Shown: piece by piece, positions 35,101 through 46,100 of the stretch
Numbering within the stretch: the first letter of the stretch is position 1
How the letters are laid out: each line of letters begins with the position of its first letter
Source: Phoronis australis
Lineage: Eukaryota; Animalia; Phoronida
Assembly (NCBI GenBank): GCA_002633005.1
Contig: NMRA01000032.1
Coordinates: 414,911-478,910 of the forward strand
DNA length: 64,000 nt
Direction: 5' to 3'
Notes under the pieces: model-generated
Databases searched by the model: none
What the model was told of the DNA's origin: nothing
The model's input: the letters and a program-made list of their open reading frames with translations, nothing else
Made by a program: the position numbers and the translations under genes

Positions 35101-37915
35101 ACATTCTGAAAATGATGGCTTGCAGGATCTTGCAATGTATCGTTTCCAATGTTTTCTGATATTATTTTATGAATGCTCAAGTTCAAGGTCGACTGAGCGG
35201 TCAAAGGTGAAGTTGAACTGAAATTAGGAAAATCCACCTCTTTTGGCCGACGAAATGTTAAATCGATGGCAAATGCAAAATTAACATTTCTTTGATTCCA
35301 TTATATCAAGAATAAGGGATAGCTAAATACTGTAATTAGATATCCTTCCACCATCTCAATAACTAAATTTACAATACTGTTGTACCAGACGTAGGCTGCT
35401 CAGGAAGGCTCATCGCACTCATCATCTGGAACAATTTCATTGCTTTATTAGTTGAAACCAAGCTGAGGAGCTTGAGACTTGACTAAAGCATCCAACAGCG
35501 TGCCCCCGTGTGATTCGAAACCCACAACTTATCTCACTAGGCCACACTGCCTCCTCGTTAATAGCGATATGTGTATACGTGTAACCCGTACAGGTTACAT
35601 ATATGTTGACTTGACATGTTTCGATTTCTTAGAATATACATTTCAATATCTAAAAATAACTGTATGATAAACGAGTCGCTGGAAATTGGAACTGTTATAT
35701 TGCTTTATCCATTTTTTTCTTTCCTGATCCCAGATCGTCACTCAGTAAAATAACCGATAACCGCGTTTGGCTAATGACTTGTGCGTAAACATCAACGTTT
35801 TGGAGCAAAACATTTTGATGTTTCGCAACCGCAGTAAGTGTTTGACACGATGATTGATTTTACAAAGTGCATCTCTTTTCCCACACTCCTGCATTTACTA
35901 AACCAATGCTTGTAGTATTTGAAAATGCTAAGATTTGTTTTATATATAAACAGTAGCTAAGGCAAACTACCAAATGCTTGTTTAATGACACAACATCGCC
36001 CGGTTAATTGTTTTAATCAATACTACAAAAATCACGAGTGAAACTGCACGTGCATCGCCCTACTCAAAATTTAATCGATATACAGCAAGCTTTTGGAGCG
36101 TTAGAACTCGTTTTGTGGGTACACTATCCGGGCACTTTTATTTGGACATTTTTTTTACCTCATCGTTAGGTGCACTTTTCAAATGTATAAAGTTCCCGCA
36201 TTTAAAGTTTAACATTTGTATAATTTTGCCAATGAATTGAGAGAAAATGACGAAATGTTGAAATTTAAATTTCACGTACTTTACGTCATTATTGGTGAAA
36301 AAAATGTCTCAGGAATTCTACCAGAAAGTTTTAAAAGTGTTGGTCACATAAAACAAACAAAATGAGCAAGACAGGACAAAATAGCAACAGAAATATTTTT
36401 TAATCGTGCAGTCACCTAGTGGTAGAATACAACCCTATTTTCAATTCCAAATATTTCGTTTTTGGACCATTTTAACAAAAGTACATACAAGAAAACATAC
36501 TCATATTCCACCATATTCATACGGAGTTCTGTCCTGCCTCAAATATTCCAAAATAACTTGAAAGGTTTATTAGAATTCATCACGACGCTTGGCAGGTTAG
36601 AAAATTAATTATTTGTGTGTAAACTACTCTGAAGTTGTCAGACTTGCCTTGGTGTGTGCATTACGTTATGTTATGGTTTAATTGTTATTAGGTGACTGAG
36701 TAAGCCCATTGAGGCTAGGGTGTGTGGTGAATATTCTGTATTTGACGTTATGTAGCCATTGGCAACCTTTTCCACTATAATAAATAAATAACAATAAAAA
36801 TACAAGGAAAGAGTAAATTGCTATATGTGAAAGTACTCACCAAATGTTTTCATACAGCTCAGGGCCAGCGGACTAATTGGTTTGTCTATTGTGTTGTAAC
36901 AAGTAGATTTATAAATTTTGATAGGCTTATCCCGAATTCAACTCTCCTCTGTAGCTGATGAACAAACAACATGACACGACATAGTTTTCGAAAGGACAGT
37001 CCACAAAACTTTTTTATGAGCAAGAGAACAAAGGAACGATACATTCAGAGTTTGATTTAGAATTTTGATTTTTTTTCTAATCTCTGGAGGTACACGTCCG
37101 CAATAGTAGAACACAGGAATTTAAATCTTAAAATGAAGCTCAAGTATAAGGAAAATGCAGGAAGTATTGGTAAATGGCTGTTAGAGCTCACCTTTCATTC
37201 ATTCAACAGATAACCAGACAAGCACGCGCTTACGTTCCTGTGGGAGCACATTAGTGTTAATTTATTTGTGCAATGTTTACGTATTCATTGCCCAGATAAA
37301 ATGGTATTCGACTTCTGGGAAGTAATGTCATTTAATACATCTACTTACAATCACGAAATAAATATTGAAAATGTAAGGCGAAGATTGCGTAGGACGCACC
37401 GTCGTAACAGTGGCCTTTTCGACAGTCAGTGATGCAAAATACAGGTCTTTTAGCACGACCTTAAGTAAATTGGGTAAAATAAAAATGTTGGCGGTACTAG
37501 CAACAATTTAAATTCTTTAGTAATACAACAACCGTTTGAAAATATCAGTAATTCCCTCGTTTGCGATGACACAATTGCTCACCTGTTTCCGTAAAAGATA
37601 GTTAACACAGGTCCTTGAGCTTGAACGAGATTGTTGAACCAAATCTTCGTACGTAATGTTGTAGAGGCTGCAAATATTGTCCGTTTCCGAATAAATTCCC
37701 GACAAGCTTTCTTTAGATCGGATATTCAGGGTTTGACACTCGTTAAGAGTTTCCAACTCCTGAGAAACGACAGCCATCGGAGGCGGATCAACGCATGTTG
37801 CTTGTGAAGCTGTAACGTAATCTCCCGATGGGCATTTGTGACTCGCGCAAATAGTCAAAAACGCTAACAAAAAATTTAACACCAACAGATGAACGAAAAA
37901 CTTTGGAACAGCCAT
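29150..37915 (-). CDS. Secreted olfactomedin-domain protein with N-terminal PAN/apple-like domain, ~390 aa
   Basis: Exons (minus) 37915-37583 (signal peptide MAVPKFFVHLLVLNFLLAFLTICA + Cys domain), 34056-34008 and 29940-29150; 1173 nt, phases 0 and 1 consistent. OLF motifs: GMISKDAL, GCQGANGLVLGG, IDVEADETGLYLIWAS, ISISKID, AGNAFMACGYMY, HYDARDKALYVWD. Extra small exons cannot be excluded. Confidence 0.85.
31283..31732 (+). CDS. THAP zinc-finger ORF (N-terminus of Kolobok transposase)
   Basis: MPHCCCVPEC..LHRFP..W..VKN..RVCGKHF..RLKKDAIPSV is a complete C2CH THAP with an AVPT-like box. A frameshifted continuation (31656-32060; KFIVD..C..GAQVTIQWECVAGHSGKWDS..MPEVHL) resembles the Kolobok transposase N-terminal region. 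The catalytic DDE domain is absent. Confidence 0.8.
   Translation: MPHCCCVPECTNYRLTRALGVPLHRFPMMTLCRTWLVRVKNAALPVHATYKAVENYRVCGKHFLPSNYERNLYAELMKVLAKQRLKKDAIPSVLISGSAPSLHPRSAFLKREASRAVASTVTGASGGHFIYCHPCLRTYPRACNSWNQL
32052..32351 (-). pseudogene. KolX remnant (Kolobok accessory protein, related to the P2X7 C-terminal ballast domain)
   Basis: GGYMFEPEY...RRGDTSWCKCTVCVVMP, then after a frameshift CLCCSEFDEA. Truncated at the deletion junction near 32060. Confidence 0.8.
35440..35556 (-). mobile_element. tRNA-derived SINE head (degenerate)
   Basis: The minus strand reads GGAGGCAGTGTGGCCTAGTG (A box) ... GGGTTTCGAATCAC (B box), with a deletion between them. Confidence 0.55.
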
Positions 37916-37989
37916 TTTTGATATAATTAGGTCGCAACTGAGGTACCAGACTGAAACTTCCTTTGACGTAAAGAATAACTAATTTATTC

Positions 37990-37995
37990 TTTATA
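37990..37995 (-). promoter_or_regulatory. Possible TATA box of the olfactomedin gene
   Basis: TATAAA on the minus strand ~75 bp upstream of the ATG at 37915. Weak evidence in AT-rich DNA. Confidence 0.3.
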
Positions 37996-38639
37996 GTTAC
38001 GATTGTTGTAACTAATCAATATCCCAATATTTGATTACTATAAAGGTTAATCTTTCCAAACCACACAACAAATATATTTAGATAATGGCTCATCTCGAAG
38101 TACGTTCTCCTAAGCAATCGGGTAAGAAAAACAAACTAATAGCGACGCCACTGTGGATCTCGGAAATATTTGCATAATGAAAAAGAAAATTAAATTGTGC
38201 ATTCACAAATGCTTGTTTAGGATTTAAATGAGCGTTGTTTTTACATTGCAGTGCACTATACGACAAAAAATACCGGCTTTGAAAGGATGAATCTAAATTT
38301 GATGGGTAAAAAATAAACTAATGAGATCAGGTTGAAAGTATCTGAAGGAAGTACAGCATAATTGTGGATGTATAGCTTACCAAGCTAAATCGAGACGAGG
38401 CTATTAAACGCATCACAAAGTTTCGCATGATTGTTACTGATATCAACGATCGTGTGATTTAGCGAATATATTCGAGGACTTGAGAATGACGTCGCAGATA
38501 GACAAAAGGGTGTTGTCCAAGTTCTTTGTTTGTAGCGTTGTCTCCCATTTTCTTAATACATACACAATCTCGTAGACCAGAAGGAATCCAAGAAGTCGGT
38601 GCCCCCGCCCCGGCTTCCACCACTTTTGTATTCCCCAGA

Positions 38640-39360
38640 AAGAGAGGTGGAAATACAGAATAGGGTCCAATAGCGAAAAAAGGAACGAGAAAACAGAAAA
38701 ATGAGGGAAAAAGCCTAAAAAAGGGCAGAGACAGATGTCGGAAGAAAGCGAAAAATGGCGGGAAAACAGACAAGAAGGCAGGACAACGGTTAAAAAGGAG
38801 ACAATGGAAAAACAAAAAAGAAGGGAAAAGAGAAAAAAGACGGACACACAGCAAAAAGGTGAAGGAAAAGCCAAAAAAGTCGGTAAAAGCAATTGGTGGG
38901 AAATAGTGACAAAGGGCTGAAAATGCTGAAAAAAATATAGAAAAAAGCGAAAGAAAGAGCGTGAAACCGTAAAGGTGTGTGAAAATAGTGAAAAGGCAAA
39001 AGCAGGGTGGAAAAGCGACAAAACGGATGGAAAAGAGGGAAATGGTGGGGAAAACAGAAAAACGGGAAACAGTGAAAAAAGGGCAGGAAAATCGAGAAGA
39101 GGCGAGAACAGCACTAGGGAAAGGACAAACAGGAAAAAGTGAAAAGTGCGGAAAATACTGCAACATCTGCGGAAAAGACGAAAAAGGACGGAAAGTCGGA
39201 AAAAGGTGGGAAAACGATGACACAAAGGCTTGAAAAAACGAAAAAGAAGGGGAAGTAGAAAAAAGGGGCGGTAAAATGACAATAAAAGGGAGAGAGAAAC
39301 GGGCAAGAAAAAATAGAAAAGGGGCAGGTAAACAGTAAGAGGCAGGGGAAAGGGGATTGA
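38640..39360 (+). repeat. ~720-bp purine-rich (A/G) low-complexity tract
   Basis: Runs of A and G with few pyrimidines and no fixed period, next to a GC core CGGTGCCCCCGCCCCGG at ~38597. Confidence 0.8.
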
Positions 39361-40141
39361 CGTATTGGAACTGTGCATTCACCATTCGGATGAACAAGAA
39401 AACAGAAGGCTTCCAGAGTATTCCTATTAAATTAAAGTAACAACCCAAACTTTGGTGGCGACAGGGAAAGTGTAAAATCAACAAGTGCGGGCGAAGGTGG
39501 TGATGGCGTCTCATCTTCCTACAGATCTTCTTATTTCAGGTCGTTTTAAACCAAGCTATAACCTCGTCTCGTAATGTAGACGGCATTTCTTCGTTAGTTC
39601 AATGGCGTCATCAGCGCTATAAAACTAAGACACGAGGATGCTATCTGTGTCGATGCTGGTAATCACATTCCATTGCATAAAAGATTGTGCTTCTATTATT
39701 GAAAATTCTATAATATTTTTAGCTCTTTTCGTAACCGAATCATTTCATTAAGAGACATACCGTCGACGTGTGCATTACTCACTTCGATCAATACATTTAG
39801 TTAACGGAAGACACTACCAGGCAATGTCTTCCTTATGTATTTAAAACTGATGAACTTTGGAAGGTGTCTGTGTTTTTATCAATAAAAAATCTCTATGTAA
39901 CTTTGCACTAGTCTATACCTATGAAATTACTTTTACGTCACATGTAAGCCAATATGCTCCATTTTTGATGACGCCCCTTAGGTGTTCGCCCTCGAATGCA
40001 CCTGGCATACCTACGCTTGCGTGTAATCCAAGTCAACCCAGAGAACGACTCAAAATCAGTATCTGGTTGGCCAAAACACCATATTTCCATTTGTCTTCAC
40101 TAGCCTCTGAACTCTTGTAACTGGTAGTCCTTCAGCTAACA

Positions 40142-43100
40142 ATGAATCTTGTTGCATTGATGTTGAGTTTCGTCTGTTTAACGAGGCACGGATACCTATT
40201 TCTATCACAGGTGAGCATTTTTCGTTTCTTCACCCGATGCAATTATCTAGTTTGTACACTTGTTTTGTGAGTTTTAGATTTTTACCAAAAAGGCACCAGC
40301 ATACCGTTTAGGGATAGCTTTTTATTTTAGGGCTATCACAATAGCTGCACTTTTGACATTGTGATCAGACCCCAATAACATCCTAGATCCGCTAGCATGC
40401 AACTTACTATTCATTTCTTGCCCAATTTCCAATTATTTTCTATAACTCATCGTCATATGGGCCAATGGGTCATGACGTCTTTTTAGAGACTAAAAGTTGA
40501 AATTTATTTACTTTCTCCTAGGGAATGTTCGTGGATCATCAAAATCCTGAAGAGATCGAAACTCCCGGAACGCTAGAAGCAGACATGCTACTTTCAGGGA
40601 CACAGTGGGAGTACGTCGTTACATCGGCCGCAGCTTCTGATGGCAACGAAACTTTTGGTTCATCTGAACAATCAAGGCGCCGAAGCAAGAAAATTCTTCA
40701 GAAACGGAAGATTATTTTTGGGGATAAATATCGTTGGCCAAAAGGAATTGTTCCGTTCAAATTTGAGGACGGGTTCAGTAAGTGAAAAGTGCTACCGATT
40801 GTCGTGTAACACAGACACAGCAGCTTTGTTATGAAATAATCATGCATGGATATTTCAAGGGCATGCGCGGTGCTGACATCTTTGTCTTATAACAGCTAAC
40901 TGAAACTGCTCTTAACTACTCGCCAAGCAGACGAATGTACAGCACACATTACTGCAAATCTATTAAATTTTTTTTTGCATGACATGAACATCAAAAAGAA
41001 GCTAAAATAATTTATTTAATAAGAACTTTACCACATATTTTATCCAGCACGCACGAGCTTTCGCGAACATAAGTCATTGACAGTATACAAAACAGAGCTT
41101 TCTTACAGGAGGTAGAACGTTACGAGATGTACCACGTTTTACAAAAATTGCCCTCGTTACCTCTTTTTCATTTCTCCCTCTAATGCACACATTTTTTGCA
41201 GAGTCCTATGCGCAGGCAGCTGTGTTGAAAGCCATGGACTACATAGAAAAGCATACGTGCATTAGATTTAAGCCTTACTCAAAAAGGACTGTGGATGAAG
41301 TTGGACACGACGACTATATTTTCATTTTAGATGGAAAGGGGTAAGACGATGCACTCAACGCAGAGAATGTTACCGTAAATAGAATTTAGCCCTTGAACAT
41401 TCCAATGGGTATGCTGAATATCCATTCCTCGTGACGTGGTCAGGTGTTATCAGTGGTTTGCTTTGTTAGATCGAATCACGTTTATACGCACCAAAATATC
41501 ATGGGCGGCGCAGCGCTGAAAAAAGTGGGGGGGAGGGGGCTAAAGCCCCCGCAGCGGCCCCCTGTAGTGCACCACCTATAGGCCATGTGCAGCGTAGCAC
41601 TGAAAAAAGTGGGGGGCTACGCCCCCCCCCCAGTCCCCTATGGTGCGCCGCCCATGAATATAACTACAACTACGTCACAGAAACCGGTGGTGCAAATTTT
41701 TTTGAGAAACAAGTAAAGTAAAGGTTGACATGGTACGCCCGCCAAAGCAGAGGCTGGGGCCGGGGCCGGGGCCGGGGCCGGGGCCGGGGCCGGGGCCGGG
41801 GGGTGGTGTTCGCACCTGGCCAACCGGCAGTCGAGGTTCACATAGGGAACCGCCTATAGGCAATTCAGATCCACCTCATTGTCAGCAGGGATACATTTTT
41901 TTTGCTTCTCTAGTCTGAAGAATCTGTGAATTAGACGGCTGACGATTCATGAAATGGTGATGATGGGAGGGGATGGAGAACAAAGCAAAAGGTGTGCTGA
42001 TCACTCGTTGCAATAGGTGGCTACTGGTACGCAAATTTCATATGATCACCTATGCTATTTTAACACCAACTGTTCAGGTCTGACTGGGTGTCACTAGACA
42101 TACTTCAACTACACTGGGATGCGTCAAATTCATATAGACCCAAAGAACCACAGCCAATTATGTAAATCAGTATTTTTCAAGCGGGGTTTTGTAAAAATCG
42201 GTTTAATAAAGGTTACCAAACCGGAAATGCTTTAAGTTTTATTAATGTATGGTTGTCATGGAGCATATCTGGACACTTTTCGGGTAAATCAAAATCACAC
42301 ACACACCTATTTAATCACAGGTATATCAAAGAATTAGAAATTCAGATTATGTTGATTGACATGTATTCACGCAAGAGTTTATGGAAATCCACAATGGTAA
42401 AAATTGACGTTATACATTGCCATGAAGATTACTTTATTCCGTGTCGCACAAAGCAGCTATCACCCGGAATACTTTTAAAACATATAGCGGGGTCAATCAT
42501 ATCCAAATCCACTCATGGAAACGAAAGCTTTTACATTCTCATCACGAAGACCGAAAGTGCACTGGAAACACTACAATCTTTCACAGTGCTACGTGAGGAA
42601 TTTTGTTTGTCATGGCTTCTCATTAGTTAATGTAATGAAACCAACGTCATATCATTCAGTCATTCCCATTGGTTGAAATCTGAGAAACCCCTTTCAGTTT
42701 CAACTGTTACGTAGTATGGCGACTACCTTTGACTTAAATAGTTGCAATTTATTAAAACGGGCAGTAATGAAAGTGAAGAGAACCCCGATCCCGTAGCAAA
42801 GCCCAAACAAGTACAGTGCATAAAGGCGTCTGCAAGTGGCGGCGATGTGTTCAGTATACTTCTGTATCTCCACTCACCTGATGTGTAACGGCAATAACAA
42901 AATAAAATGTTGATGACGATGTTATCTTTACGGGAGATTGCACAGAGGTGTTCATGTTTCAACAGTGGATCTTTTGACTCACCTGGATTATTTTCGTAGT
43001 TTCAAACGTGATCTGCGTGAGTGACAATTTCAATCAGTATAGAAAGGTCATGAGACGGCTAAATTCATGGCGTCACCTATTTGCGTTGTGCGAGGCTATC

Positions 43101-46100
43101 CTAAGTTTGCCTCCTTGCTTAAAAGGATGCCAAATCCGGTTTTGTCTTACTGTCAGATATTAAAAACAAAATTCTCATTAAATTCCCAGCAACAAAATGA
43201 TGCTATGTAACCCTCGACAAAGAACCTCAAAAGTTTGGAGTAAATTTTGAGAATTCCTTTCGAAGTTGCAAAACGAGAAAGCCTGACCTACGAATTGCAA
43301 GGCAACTGTGGAGAAAGACCACCCAACAAGAATGATAATACCCATTCTGTGACATAAGCAGTGATTCCTTCTTTTATCTTTCAAGATTGGCACCAATGAT
43401 GCATTAACAGGTTGCCGAACGAGGATTGGCTGAAATCATCAAATAGGGTTTAGTATCCTTTTGTGTCTGAGATCACAGGGTTCCACCGCATTTCTTATTC
43501 TGCATTCGGAGAGTCAAATGACATACTGTTCTGAAGTTTGCACACGTAATTACCACCCTCCAGTAACTTTCTCCATTGCAGATTAACTAGCGACAGAAGT
43601 GAAAAAGACGATCAATAACTTCCAGTGCCATTATCATGGGTCCCAAATTAAAAAGCCATCGTGAAGTTTCCCATTTTTTTGAAACAGGCATCCGAAAAGC
43701 CATAAAAATTATGAGTGTATTTCTTAATTATTCAGCGTAATTACAAGCATTCAGGAAATACTATACACTACTTAAATTAGCCACGACGCACTAGAGAAAA
43801 CTACACCACCAAGATATCAAAATACGTGGCGTGGCATGAAATGTCACGAAGAATTTTCATTTGTTCTCTTATCACATACCTTAATTACTAGGTAACGATT
43901 TTCATGTTTTTTTCTAGTTGTTACTCGTACGTCGGTAGACAACGCAGAGGATTACAGCAACTGTCAATTGGTAAACGATGCATCAAGGTAAACCAGCGAC
44001 TACACTAAACAGAAACTAAGACTATTTTGTGTAACAACGCAGTGGCAGATCTACGATTTCAGTAAGGGGGGGGGTTAGGATTCGAAAGAATCCGAGGCGC
44101 GTAGCGCCGAGGAGAAGGAAGGTCTCGAGAGGATTTCCCTCCTCCCGTGTAAGAATTTTTTTGGATTTTTAGTAGCTAATTTCGTTTTTCTGGCGATATT
44201 TTTTCCAGTTTTTATTTTTGATCCTGTCCCGAGGGGGAGGGGTTTAAACCCCCTGAACCCCCCTGTAGATCCGCCTCTGGTTCAACGTAAGGTACCATAT
44301 GTTTTCACATGTTGCGAGACCTTACGCTTGATAGTGTAAAGTATAGCAGTTGGTAAGAATGTCTATGATTTCTTGTGCGTTTGCGGGTCTTAACGAATAC
44401 GAATGGTACGCTCCTATGGCTGCTCATTTAATTTTTCAAGAGTCTTGCAAACAGGGCATCAAACACCCATTGCTAAGTGAACCGCAATTTTTTTTAATTT
44501 CAGCGAGGTACAGTTGTTCACGAATTACTCCATGCGCTGGGTTTGTACCACGAACAGTCCAGGCCGGATAGAGATAGTTTTGTGACCATACTCTATGATA
44601 AAATTAAACCGAGTCGACTGCGCAACTTTAAAACGTACGACACGTTTGAGGATAATTTACGTGGCATACCGTATGATTTGACCAGCGTTATGCATTACGG
44701 AGGAACGGTAAGTGAAGGCACTGTCACCTATGACGTCGGCACGCGATGATGGTTGTAATGCCGACAAAGTATTTATGACGACTTCAATGAGGTGACAACA
44801 ATGATGTTGACACAACATGCGCGAGATTACGAGGGAACCTTGGTTTTAAAGGGAAACCAATTGTTTTTAACTTTACTTTTAGTAAAAAATAAAATACTGA
44901 CCCTTCATTATCTCAGAGAGACAGTGTCTCGTGTTAATTGTTGTTCTCCTGACGTTCACTATCCAAAGAACAATAGAAAGTGACGTGAACTCCACGAAAA
45001 GAGAACCGCATTCACTTCCATCGAGCAGACACGATGTCCTATTCAGTGTTCGACGCAGCCTGAGCAGGTCACAGTAAATACACGCCAGGGGAGCAACAAT
45101 TAGCACAGAAAATGTACCTCCACAAGGGTCTGCTTTTTTAGTAAGGGAGAGGCACTGTACAGTTCTCACTGGAGATTGCCTGGCACGGTATGTTCACAAA
45201 TACAAGACGACCAGATTCACTGAACCTAATTGTTTCAAAGCATACGTTACACCTGCTAAACATGGCTTTACACCAAGCAGTTAGTTTATAAGGTGTGCAA
45301 ATTGGTCGCGGCCACATCTTTTCTGTACAGTGCCACCAAACGTCAAAATGGGCCCGTTCTTTCTTTAAGTTCAAAGTGCGCATTGAATAAGGGCAATGCG
45401 GGCTTGGCGGATAGTCTCCCTTTAGTGTATGAGCCTCGCTATCAGGGTTGGACAATGACTGATTATAGTAATTCATCTTCGCTATCAGGTTCCCGGCGTT
45501 CTTAAAAAACGTTTTGCGTCTACTCTCCACTTGGCAAATTTGCCAGATAACTAGTTTTAGAATTAGCATAGTACTGGAAGTTTAAGCAAGAAATAATTTT
45601 AGTTAAAAAGTTGCTACTTCTAAAGCCTTCTCAGTCATTTTATTTCCGTAGTTAAAAATAATAACTACTCTCTGCTCCGTCCATGATTCATTTTTAATGG
45701 TTTTTACGAGAGTAATACATTCTTTTTTAAAAGATTGAAAAAGGCGGTAAGTAATTATTCTATGGTGTTAAACGATTTCTTAAACGTACCACCTCACTTC
45801 AAGTTTTCAGCTAAAAAACGAGGCGATATTACCATGGAAACGAAAGACTCCAGCATGCAGTACAGAATAGGGCAACGAGTCCAGCTGAGTTTCATAGATA
45901 TCGTGACCCTCAACTCCATGTACCCCTGCAGCGGTAACTTTACACATTCTTCTATCAAAATTAATTGACAAGAAACCTCGGCAATCTTGTACATAAATGT
46001 GTGAATGTGTGTGTTTGTTTGTTTGAATGCGTGCGTACGCGTGCGTGTGTGGTTCCTATCATAGAACTACACGAACTGGCGTGCGTTCCGTAGACATAAC

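Noticed and set aside
36841-36954. Extra exon of the olfactomedin gene (good minus-strand donor at 36840)
   Set aside because: The acceptors that preserve the required phase 0-0 give in-frame stops, and the gene splices in phase without it.
38443-39514. 311-aa and 351-aa minus-strand ORFs resembling membrane proteins
   Set aside because: They are by-products of a pyrimidine-rich strand that lacks stop codons. Two overlapping frames are both open and neither shows a domain.
41638-41918. Poly-PG / poly-PA ORFs
   Set aside because: They are translations of the GGGGCC repeat inside an intron, with no evidence of coding.
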